Below are positions 1 to 10,564 of a DNA stretch of 64,000 nucleotides, in pieces. Every line of letters begins with the position of its first letter. The first letter of the stretch is position 1. This DNA comes from Amphiscolops sp. MND2022 (Eukaryota), in contig OZ076410.1 in the NCBI GenBank assembly GCA_964187785.1, positions 55,304,001 to 55,368,000 of the forward strand, given 5' to 3'. The translations under genes were made by a program, and so were the position numbers. The notes beneath the pieces are model-generated. The model ran no database searches and had not been told where the DNA came from. It saw only the letters and a list, made by a program, of their open reading frames with translations.

Positions 1-1230
1 TCACGCGTGAGAGTCTTGACGCTTCTCATATGTAACAGGCCTGCATGCAGGGTAACTTTTTTGGGGCTTCGAGTTTCGCGAGATGCCCATATGATGACGT
101 TTTGTTTTTTTTTCGCAGATTTCGTGACATGTGCATTTTTTCAAACTTGGGATGAAAGTTTCTCGAAACCGAGAATAGATATAGATACCATGTTTTCCGT
201 AAGAAATAAGAGGAAAATTATTACACGCTGCCTCCCACATTGGGAGATGCATTTTCTCCATCGTTTTTCCGCCACTTGTCTCTTACCTTAGAGATTAACG
301 GAGAAATTTCCGCGCGGTGAGTGAAGCTAGGAAGCTGTAGACGGGATCTAGTTTTGCGATCAGTCGTTTTTTAACGTTTGAAAAACTCGAGTAGGTCAAA
401 GGTTCCTAACGATTAGGTTTTTCGGTTCTAGCAAATTTTCCACAAATGACGCTTTATTCCACTAAAGAGTTCACTAAAAATGTTATCAGCATTGAATAAA
501 CGTTCAACGAGCCAGAATAAATTGCTTCCCTTCAAAGTTTGGGTTTTTTGGCACTCTGTGACCTGTTACAAAAAAAATATTCGAGAAGTATTTTCTGGAG
601 TTTTTCACAAATTGAATTTATTTTGGTATTTTTATTTAAGAAAAATGGTTTTTGGAGTCTCAAAAATCCCATTTGGGAGAACTTCTCATAATTCGTTCTT
701 GAGCATACTTGTAGCCTGCTGGGTAAAACTACAGGAGTACAATGCAGAGTGCGCTATTTCCATCAAAATTTAAAATGTTTCCCTTCCTTTACCGTCTTGG
801 TCACGTTTTTCACAGCTTACTTTCTCAAGTACTCAGCAAACGTGATTTTCGTTAGTCAATTTGCACGTTGAAGATAATGAAACTTTGAAACTATCTTATA
901 ACTTCTCAACTGTTTTGTAAAACAGAACATTTGTACAGGCAAAGTTTCATGGCTTCAATTAGTCACCAATTTTATGATGCATTTTACCGGCAACTTGATT
1001 TAATTCAAACGAAACAGGGAGTTTTTTGCATAAGAGTTTTCATATTGCACAGTTTTCTTGAATCAAAGTTAATGTGCTGGTGAATCTTAGAAAAACGTGT
1101 GAAAAGTACGAGCAGTTCCATCGATCTATTAGATCTACTTCAAGATTCCACTATTTTTTGTTTTAAAATGTTATATAATCATCTGTGCCCTGAAAACATT
1201 TTCTATTGAAAAATATTGGTGTATAAGTAG

Positions 1231-1308
1231 AGTCATAAAGAACGATTTCCTGAAAGAAACATGCGTCTAGACGCGTATGTTTCTTTCAAGAAACCGCTCA
1301 TTATGACT
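1231..1308. repeat. 78-bp imperfect palindrome centred on TCTAGA
   Basis: Left arm AGTCATAA..TGAAAGAAACAT-GCGTCT pairs with right arm AGACGC-GT-ATGTTTCTTTCA..TTATGACT. Confidence 0.8.
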
Positions 1309-1671
1309 AATTTTTCAGCTCGAAATTGACCGTGTTTTCCATTGTTCAACTATTCCAATGGAAGTGTAAAATATGAACTGCTTCACCATTCAATATCTGA
1401 AATGAAGCAGTCAGTTATCTCACAAGGATGGCCTGAATAATTATCGCATAGATTTCAATTCGATAGGGTTATACTACAAAAAATGTGTTGTAGTCCAGGG
1501 ACAGTCATCAAATAGAAGTTTCATTTCCCAATTCCGCTACGGGATTTGTTCTCACGCTTCTTTTAAACAAGCCGTTAGCTATTACAGCACTTTTTGTATT
1601 TGCTTTTCTGTGCCAAATGCTTTTTTTCTGTGCTTTTTTTTCATTCACCATATCACTAAGGTAGGTACGAA

Positions 1672-1997
1672 TGTTAGACTCCGTGCAGCAAACGATGATG
1701 TTGCAGTAGAGGCGCCTAATTGTCTATTTCTTTCCTCATTTTGCGCAATTAATCTATCCATCATGGTTTTCAAAGTAGCCATTTCACTTTGGAGGTGATT
1801 AAATCTCCTCATTAGCTTGTTGGAGGTCAGGCCCGCTAGTCGGCGAATTTCGCCCAGATTGAATTTGTTCGTCTGACGAATTTTTGGTTATTTTCCATAC
1901 TTGGGAACTGAGTATTAGGAGATTCAATCAGTACGTTCGACGAGGTAGATGCTATAATTTTTCCACTTCTGAGCGTCCTAGTCGAACTGGTACTCAT
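1672..1997 (-). pseudogene. gag: Frameshifted gag N-terminal segment (coiled-coil-like)
   Basis: Reads MSTSSTRTLRSGK...NQNSSDEQIQ...HLQSEMATLKTMMDRLIAQNEERNRQLGASTATSSFAARS across two frameshifts, and reaches the ACA terminus. Confidence 0.55.
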
Positions 1998-2400
1998 GTG
2001 ATGTAGAAGAGATGAATACTGTGGATAAGAGTTGTATTGTTATAACAGAATGGGAAAATCAAGTTCAAAATTGCAGTTTTACAGTGTTTTAGCAGGTACG
2101 TATCGACGGTAGTGTGTTGTGTTACGCTTCTCTCTCTAGTAGCCCCTCTCTTGGTAAGACGCAATTCTTAGCATCGGAACGTCCTATTGGTTGCTAGGTA
2201 AGTGCTAATTAGCACTTGGTCACGTGACCAGTCATCATGTATGTCGCAAGAGGGCTACTAGCTAAAGATTGCGCGCCAATTCAATTTCAAACCAATTAAC
2301 ATGAATACGTAATGCGTTTAGACTGACATTGCGCAATAATTACCATCTGAGTCATAATAAGCATCACAAATACATCATCATTGGGTTTTGGTTGATCAAG
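1672..2400 (-). mobile_element. Decayed Gypsy LTR (promoter + U5) carrying a gag N-terminus; far end unresolved
   Basis: The minus strand ends ...CTAACA at 1672. Promoter motifs: ATTGG 2186-2190, AGTGCTAATTAGCACT 2201-2216, GGTCACGTGACC 2218-2229. Same layout as the LTRs at 4439 and 46825. A candidate start TGTCGC at 3025 has no matching TSD. Confidence 0.55.
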
Positions 2401-2429
2401 GGTTCAATTTAAGTAATTACAAGGAAAAG

Positions 2430-2890
2430 CGATGTGAAAACGATGATTCTATTGCACTAGAATGGTTATATTGTGAAATTCAATAGTTTCTGTGGTTTAA
2501 ACATCGTTTTCACTAGTTGAGTCTGTTCGTATGGCCGTAGATGTAGAAACGATGAATGAAGTTCGTTCTAGGCGTATGCGTGAACAACTAGATGTGAAAA
2601 CGATGAATCACGGTAGTGGTGAGGCACAGAGCACAATTGGGGGTGGTTATATCGCTTTTTCATCGTCAACTAATTTTTCAATCGCGATGTGTAAACGATG
2701 AAAGATTTTCATCGGTTTTACATCGTTAGTGAATCAGAATCAAAGCAAAGAAATAAGGGGATTCATCGGTCTTACATCGTTACATTAAATTCTCATTTCT
2801 CGTGGCTCTATGTGGTCGAACGATGTAATATAGATGTAAACTTGGAGTAAAACTGAAGTTTTAGCATGAATTTCATCGTTTTAGCATCTT
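2430..2890. repeat. Cluster of ~16-bp motifs (CGATGTGAAAACGATGA-like) in both orientations
   Basis: Forward copies near 2430, 2540, 2590, 2686 and 2818. Reverse copies near 2500, 2657, 2708, 2763 and 2872. Confidence 0.7.
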
Positions 2891-3248
2891 CAATCTGTTA
2901 TTGAGTGAAATGAGGCTTGTCGTGTTCGTTTACACTGAGGCAGGAGCTTCCTAACGAGTGTCAGTCTCATCTTTTCCATGCGACGGTCCAGTTTGACCGA
3001 AAGACTACTTTCTCTTTTTGCGACAAGCCATTAATGAAAAATAGCACCTTTGCTGATTAGCACGATCATTAATTGCGGACATCGGAACTAGAATGCTCAG
3101 TAATAATTAGATAGACTACTCAATTCTAATAGGGGGGAATAAGGGGATTAGGTACAAGTAACGTAGGGTTGCTCACAACCATAGCTCTTATTATATGACA
3201 TCATATTGCCCATATCTAAGTAGATAAGACATATTATTTACTTTATAG

Positions 3249-3863
3249 ATATTTACTAGATTATATTTCCATCATGCTGGCATGACAATGAAGGACTTGC
3301 CTGAAGCCCAACAACGGTGAGTTGAGAGAGTTTCGAACCTGATACAGGCTGAATGCTGGACCCACTACACCATGCTCCCACAACTGCATTCTAAAGGGAG
3401 GTATGCGAATTGAGGCTTCGTGTACTTTCAAAATTATTTGCTGATTTCTCAAAGACGATGGATTGGAACATTAATAAAGGATGAAAGAATAGAATAGCAG
3501 ATACAATTTTGTAGAAACAAGAGAAATGATTGAAATTATATTGGCAGATTGCTTAGACTTCGACGCTTCTCGTAAAACTCAATTAGCGAATGAAAAGATT
3601 ACTATAATCAAATCTCCCCCTTTTAACGAAACTCTATTTCGTGGAAGAACAGCCCGAGGTCATGTAATTTTCATTGAAAATTTTTTGGAAGACGGGTTCC
3701 AAAAGGTTACGTCAGAACGCAATGAAGTATGTTGATGTCATATTACTTCAAAATTGATTAATCAACTTTTTGTAAAAAAATTGATGAATCACAGTTTGTT
3801 AATCGCAGAGGGTTGTTTTTGTTTCCAATTTTCCACTGGTGGGATGATGCATTGAACTGTTAA
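3249..3863 (+). CDS. Candidate spliced gene of unknown function (exons 3249-3316, 3348-3400, 3515-3726, 3795-3863; 5' part not found)
   Basis: Four exons join in phase across GT-AG introns (donors GTGAGT, GTATGC, GTATGT) into one open frame: IFTRLYFHHAGMTMKDLPEAQQRLNAGPTTPCSHNCILKGETREMIEIILADC...SERNEFVNRRGLFLFPIFHWWDDALNC*. Confidence 0.55.
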
Positions 3864-4438
3864 TTATGCAACATTGTTCTTGTTAGGGGATATTATTTGG
3901 TAATCACAAAAAAATGTTTCAATATTTGTGATGAGTTCAAAGTTTCAAATATTTTACTAGACATTTAGTGAAACAACTGCTTTGCAATATCCTGGAACAA
4001 ATTCATCGTGAAAATCAATTTTTTCTTTTATAAAAAGATTTAAAACACTATGATGAACTTTAAATACGCTAGTGCCATATTACTTTACTGGTATTAAATG
4101 ATTCTTGTCTATGTTAGTTACTAGAATTACTTTCGAACGCTTTTGGAACGATAACAAAGTCTCGAAGGGCTCTCATTACGAAGAGTACAACACCTACTTC
4201 AAATTTCTCAGATCTCTCAGTCCTTTAAAATCTCATTTTTACCTAATACATATCTAATCAAAAACATGCTATTTCAAAACAGTAGTTCTTTGGTTTCGAA
4301 TTTGTCGAGCCCTGGGTATGGATGAGGCTGGATTTCACATAACCTGGAAATAGGAAATTCAAATGAATACCCACGGATGCATTGACAAAAATGCGCAAGA
4401 GCAGCAGTGGCATTGCAAAGCTTTCTGTGTTAGGTAAG

Positions 4439-5839
4439 TGTCATGCCGTAAGCATGATCTGAATTATCGGAATACAATAACGCGGTTAACTGTACAGCAT
4501 TGAATGATCGCTTACACGATTTGAATCACCGAAATACAGTGATGTTGCCAGTCATACAGCGTGAAACGATACCAACTGCAGAAAATGAACACGAACGAAG
4601 AGTGATGCTGTCTCACACACAGCATCATAACGCGGGAAAAAACGAATAATCGTACGAAAACAAACAACTCTATCTGCGTGAAATACATTCGAGCAAAGAA
4701 GTGACGCGGTCAACTACACAACGTCACGAGACTGAAATACGAAACGGAAATGAGAAAATAAATGAATTCATTCATGATGCTGCCGACCTCACTGCATCAC
4801 ATAAACCGATCATACCAGAATAGAGGAGGTAGACGACACAGCATCACAAGACAAAATGGAGACTGAAATACAAAATGATTTCGACCAACTACATGGAAAC
4901 GAAAGAGATGTTGTCGGATACACCACATCAGAAAAGTATGAACTGGAATGTGAACTATAGTACTTTCCCGGACAGTTTGAAGTTACTCCTTGCAATACTT
5001 AGTTAATCCCAATCTTAAATGCAGTTTACCATAACTACCCTTTTTCATATCAAATAACAATATTGCATGTCTGGCCTATCCAGTCATCACAAAATTCCCT
5101 CCAATACTCAGATCGAAGTTACTTCATACAATCATCGTTATTCAAATAAATATGCCGTTTCATAGAAATTTCAATGTTTTTGATGCTTTCATATTATTCG
5201 GATGTACCAACATATGACTCATGTAATGGCGATAACACGCCATCATCATCGCCACCATCGCGCAATTAGCACCTTGAAATACTTGCTAACACAAACTACG
5301 GTGCTGTGCTATTGGTTGAAATGGTCACGTGATGTGGTCACGTGACCAGCGTTGGTAGGTTAGTAATAGGTGCGAGAGCACACGCAGTAACAATTGTTGC
5401 ATTGTAACGTAGAGTTGACTACTACATCATTCCACTTGCATATAAAATTCACCAATACTCCTTTAAAGATCCTTCTCTTTCAACTGATTTCAACTTTAAA
5501 CTCATCTATCTTTCTCTATGGTATTAACTAGATCCCAGGCTACTAAAGCCGACCAGAGAGAATTAGAAAGCATGGAGTACCCCAGCGACAACGAAAGCGA
5601 ACGTAGTGTACCTGAGGTCCTTTCTAGAGACCAAATTGATGAGTTAGACGATGGAAACCTTATCCGTACTGATTACAATTTAGAACAAAGATCGATCGAT
5701 CAACGCTTCTCAGACATGAATAAACAAATTAGTGATCTTACTGGATTAGTTTTGGCATTAACCGAAAAGTTATCCTCCAATGTTAGAGAAGGGAACAATA
5801 AGAGTACAGCGTCAGACAAGACCTGTACACGTTCCGACA
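4439..5839 (+). mobile_element. Gypsy solo LTR (1401 bp) with 5-bp TSD
   Basis: Termini TGTC...GACA. GTAAG is duplicated at 4434-4438 and 5840-5844. Contains ATTGG, two GTCACGTGA boxes (5323-5347), TATAAAA at 5441 and a gag-like ORF start. Confidence 0.85.
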
Positions 5840-5901
5840 GTAAGGAGGAAAAAAGAATCCACAGCAACAAACGTGGCGTGAGCTTCGAGACTAAACACTG
5901 A
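5518..5901 (+). CDS. gag: LTR-encoded gag N-terminus (107 codons) read through into 20 codons of flank
   Basis: MVLTRSQA start, an acidic region, then a heptad-like RFSDMNKQISDLTGLVLALTEKL. The LTR ends at GAC A, the same phase as the LTR/PBS ATG of the intact element. Confidence 0.7.
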   Translation: MVLTRSQATKADQRELESMEYPSDNESERSVPEVLSRDQIDELDDGNLIRTDYNLEQRSIDQRFSDMNKQISDLTGLVLALTEKLSSNVREGNNKSTASDKTCTRSDSKEEKRIHSNKRGVSFETKH

Positions 5902-8179
5902 ATGCTAACCCGAGTCGGGCATAAAATCTTTGATATTTTTCTGCCACATGTTGCCGCTTGTGACGGGGTTAGCAACACCATTAACCTCGAAGATAATACA
6001 CAGAAGGCGTTCCTAAGAACCATTTACAAATTCCAAATGCCATTCCCATTTCCAAAAACCAATACAAACTTCATTTTTATCATTTTACGATTGACAGCCA
6101 TGCAATTACCCGAAATATACAATATGTCTTAGTTAGGTCGCTATGACTCGGTCACTTCATTCTGTTTCATAGGTACTCAACATTATTTGTGCGCACTTCA
6201 ACATTTTACAAATTGCCTTTTTTTAAATCACGGCACACTTGAAAACCTTCTGCAGTGCTGATTGTGAATCAAGAGGGCCGTTAATATTGTGTGATTTAGT
6301 ACTACGTGAACCAATTACAGTTACCTTACTCACTATAAGATAACTCTCATGTCACCAATGCATCAAATATTACATTTTTTTTGCATACATGTCAAGTAAT
6401 TCACACTGCTGCTGCTTAACTTTTGAATAAAAGAAGGATCATTTCCGTTAATCCCCCCACCGATTTAATTCCCCCAGTTAAGTGGTCAAGTGAAATCATC
6501 AATGAATAAATCGTAACAAGCAATCAAATTGCAGTATTTTGTAACTCTAACTGCAACTGAAATTCATCGCTGGTAGTGGTGGGGAATTGAAAGTGGGAAT
6601 TAACAGAACAGATCCTAAAAGAATGTGATGCTTACGTAAAGAATGCGAATTATGTTGAAGTTGTTCTATTCTGCTAAACTATCTACTAAGAGGAAAGAAT
6701 AAGGTTAAAACGATAGCTTTAGTTTCAAGCGCTTGTACGGTAACGTATCAAAAGTATATATGTAGCATCTTAGTTAAATGCATTTTGAGTTTGTTTAATA
6801 ACAACTCCTGGTATGTAGACAATCTATGAACCGAAATTCGGTAGAGGTCAGGGAACCGGAATGAACCTAAAAGAAGAGAAATTATGTTGGAAACCACTTT
6901 GACTTTCGTGATGAGGCTAAATAAACGAAAAGTGTTCAATTAAAAACTTCTTACACGTGCCATGATACTTGACTTATGATGCAATACAAAATCCTCACTG
7001 AGAGTAAGACTAGAGTTCTATAGACAACTCAACTGCAACGATAGCGACAGCAATCATAACTCATGGTTTTGCTATATTGATAAATAACGTTTTGTCACGC
7101 ATCGATTTTCAACATTTCTTCCACTAAAAAGCAAAAAAAAATGAGAGAGGTAGACTCTTAAGAGAAACTGACATGCTGCCCGACTGTGAAAACATATATG
7201 TGCAATAGACATAAACAACAGGGGTGCCTAAAATTTAATTGCCCTCCATTTTTCGAAATTTTTTAGCTGCACTCCTTTAATGGAAATTGAAAGAGGGCTT
7301 CCTTCCATTATTCTAGTAATGGCCATTAATGGAAAATCTATTTCACAAAATTAAATCTAAATTATCTTAGAACCAGTTTTTATTCAGTGTTAAGAGTATA
7401 ATGAACTTGACTTTTTTAATGAAGTGGGAAAGTGTGATTAAACGTGGCAGATTTTCAACAGTTCAAACTTGTTCATAGTATCTTTATGTGTTGATTCCTG
7501 ATTCGTTAATTGGAAAGTTATCATTACAAATTTTGATCATAAAATGACAACGATTTACACTAGGACGATAAATCGCGTATTCTCATAAACTAGAGACCAA
7601 TTAGGAGTGAATATGCCATTTACCGCGGAACGTACTACAAACGGGTCATAAAGGGTACTTTTTGCGACCAGGGGTTGATAGTGTTAGCAAAAAGTAAAAT
7701 ATTCTGATGTATAACATACATTAAAAATTGAAATTGTTGTTTTTGCAATAACTTTGGCTCAGCGCTTTCGTTACTAATGCTTCATTCCAAAACGCTTTAT
7801 TGACGTTCAGAAAAAGTTGCATTTAGATTCATGGGTAGCAGCTTGTGGCGTAAATCAAAGAAAGTAAATTTAGTTGAGCTGAAAAAGCGTTCAACTGGAT
7901 TTGACGTCGGTAGCAGGAAGTCTAACGACTAATAACCTGATTTAACGAACCTTTCGTTTTTTTTGCGTTTCAATAGGTTTGTAGCAAAATCCCTTCTTCT
8001 GGAGAGTCGTCCATCATAGTAACTTAATAACATTACGATTCATCTTGAGCATTTCCACAGACTCGCACTCAGACTCAGTAATTGTGCCCTCTTCGCCATT
8101 TTGGATTTTAACGATGGCACTTTCGTATGGCACTTAATGAATAATTCGCGTTTTTGCTGCAGTACTGGTCAACATGGAA

Positions 8180-10564
8180 AACTCACTTGTCGCATAATCG
8201 AAGGGAATAACAACATCGGATATGCGATCTGCAAGATTTTTTCTGCATTACTATGATCCCGGGTATGGCACAGATCCGTATTGGGACGAGGATATATATG
8301 ACACAACAAATCGGATTTTTCAAATGTGACGACTACCTCCCAACAGACGATGAGGACGATCTCGTGATTGAAGACCATAAACTATCATGGGCCCTTTCTG
8401 AACTTTCGCTGCCAAACTCAGAAGTTAATACATTAGAGGAAAGAGCAGAAATCCAACACGAGCGAGATCCTCAGGACAAAAACTGTCTGCTAGACGAGAC
8501 AGCTTTTTTACAAGTCTTAGTCGCCAAAGAAGGAGAAACAGAAAATAACAAACAACTGTGTCAAATACAAACGAAGATTGCTATACTTCCTAATGGACTT
8601 TAGAGATCTGACCATTGATGGACTAATAGACAAGGGGCGCAAACCTAGAGGCTGACCTCAGTAAAAGCCGACTTTTGACTCCACAGTCAATAGTAAAAGA
8701 AAGTCCTGTGCCCACTTTTCAAACAATGGTGGCAAATGGTCAATTAGAGACTCCAAAATGCACCGTGGAACTGCACTTCCATGAGATATTCATTGTAATG
8801 GAAAACTGACTTGCCCAATTATAGGACTTATGTTCTTACAACAACACAGGAACATAACAGTCCTGGACATGCGACCATGATTACTCAATTTTCTTTAGTT
8901 CTCTATGCAACTTGAATCTGCTGGCCATAAGCATTCAAACGTCTTGGAACCCTTTCTCAGTCCAGAAGGCGCCGAATGACCACACTCTCGTTTTTTTACA
9001 ATCCCAGTTTTACGCGGAGGAAGCAGTCATGGGCATATTACAACATAGTGAACTCTTGCATGAGGAAGGCGACGTAACATTCTGCGCCGCAAATGCCACA
9101 CTGGCCGAAGGAAATGTGAAAGTACACGTCAATTTTTTCACAGATTAGCCCCAAAAACTTGAAAAGGGATTGCATACTGCAAGTTTCGCAGTGATTACTC
9201 CTGAGCAAATCAAACACGTCAAGCCAATAACCCAGTGTCCACTTGGCGTCTGCTGAACGAAAAGAGGGAGACGCGATTTACTATATCGGCTTTCTCCTCA
9301 AGGCAAACAGAAGCATACGAACAAATTTGGTTTCCAACACCTGAAAACCCAGTAGACGAGGAGTCTCACACGCCGATACAATAACGAATCCCTAAAGAAC
9401 TGTGCAACCTGTAAGAAACGGAAACCTTAAATACGCAAGATGATGAAGAATCTCCACGCAAGTTCCTCAGCAACTATGACTGGAAAGACTCAATGCTACA
9501 ACAGCATGAAATCAAAAGTATTGAATCGCTTTTGTAGAAGTTTCATGACATCTTCGCTCGTTATATTTTTGACATTGGAATGAACGAAGAATTTACAGTC
9601 AAATTAACCCCTAAGGATGATTCACCTTCATACAGCCAATTTTCGCCGAGCCCAGTTTAAAAGATCTACTGGTTAGTTGACATTACTTGATAAATACTGC
9701 ATTATCACAACGATGCCTTTTTGAAAAATGCGAGCCCCATATTTGCGCAGAAAAACCCCAATGGAAAACTAAGACTGCTGGTCGACCTGAGAAAGAATAA
9801 TAATCTTATATCGGATGATTCTATTAACAAAATTCAACCAGTCAATACCCTGACGGACGCCGCGCAACACATGGCCGGGGAAAATCTTTTCTGTAAACTT
9901 GACTGCTCGCAGACATATCATTGTCACAAAATGGTGGACCAATTTAATTGTGCAAACAGGCCTTTCGCCTACAGGAGACTGGCTCACGGACTCAGCGCTT
10001 AGTCGGCTTTTTCCTGCTTCATGAGGGAATCTTTGGACTGAGTCTTGAAAGCGGATCAATGTGCACAATATGTGGACCATATCGGCATCGCAGCCAACGA
10101 CACTGACCACCTCATTAAAAACCGGAGAGCGACCTTCGAATGCATCAGGATAGCTGAACTGAAATTAACTACGCTACGCACAAATGTCACTTTGGCGCAA
10201 CTGAAATTGATTTCTTTGGAAGGAAAGTTGCCCCTGAGGGTGTCAAACTCCTGAAGGAAAGAATTACCAACTTCTTGGGGAAAACAAAATTCCCAAAATC
10301 CAAGAAGGCCCTACAGCGTTGTCTTGGTTTCCTCAAATACTGCAGGAATTATCTACCAAGATCATCTGAAAAAGTAGTATCGTTTTTTCAGGTTCTCAAA
10401 AAGGACGAGAAGAGTTGATACAGCAATTCAACGAAAACAATCGAGACTGTGATAGGTGCAGCCAGCAGTTTCAGGGCAGCCGCATATGCCATTCTGACCG
10501 AAGATGACACAAATCAAAAGTACACTTCTGTAAAAAAATGTCCTATGCGCCAATAGCTTATGGC
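8180..10564 (+). pseudogene. pol: Decayed Gypsy pol (spacer, PR, RT, start of RNase H) related to the 46.8-kb element
   Basis: Colinear with 49.8-52.3 kb: DPGYGTDPYWDED, ASPIFAQKNPNGKLRLLVDLRK, KLDCSQTYH, DQCAQYVDHIG, SYAPIAYG. Many stops and frameshifts. Confidence 0.93.

Noticed and set aside
1672-3025. Complete solo LTR ending at TGCGACA (3025)
   Set aside because: The flanks ACGAA and AGCCA do not form a TSD.
4258-6023. MFS-transporter call for the reconstructed hydrophobic frame
   Set aside because: It rests only on hydrophobicity and a GRK triplet, and could be an antisense shadow.
7150-7400. Possible MITE with ACTCTTAA/TTAAGAGT ends
   Set aside because: Only an 8-bp AT-rich match and no TSD.
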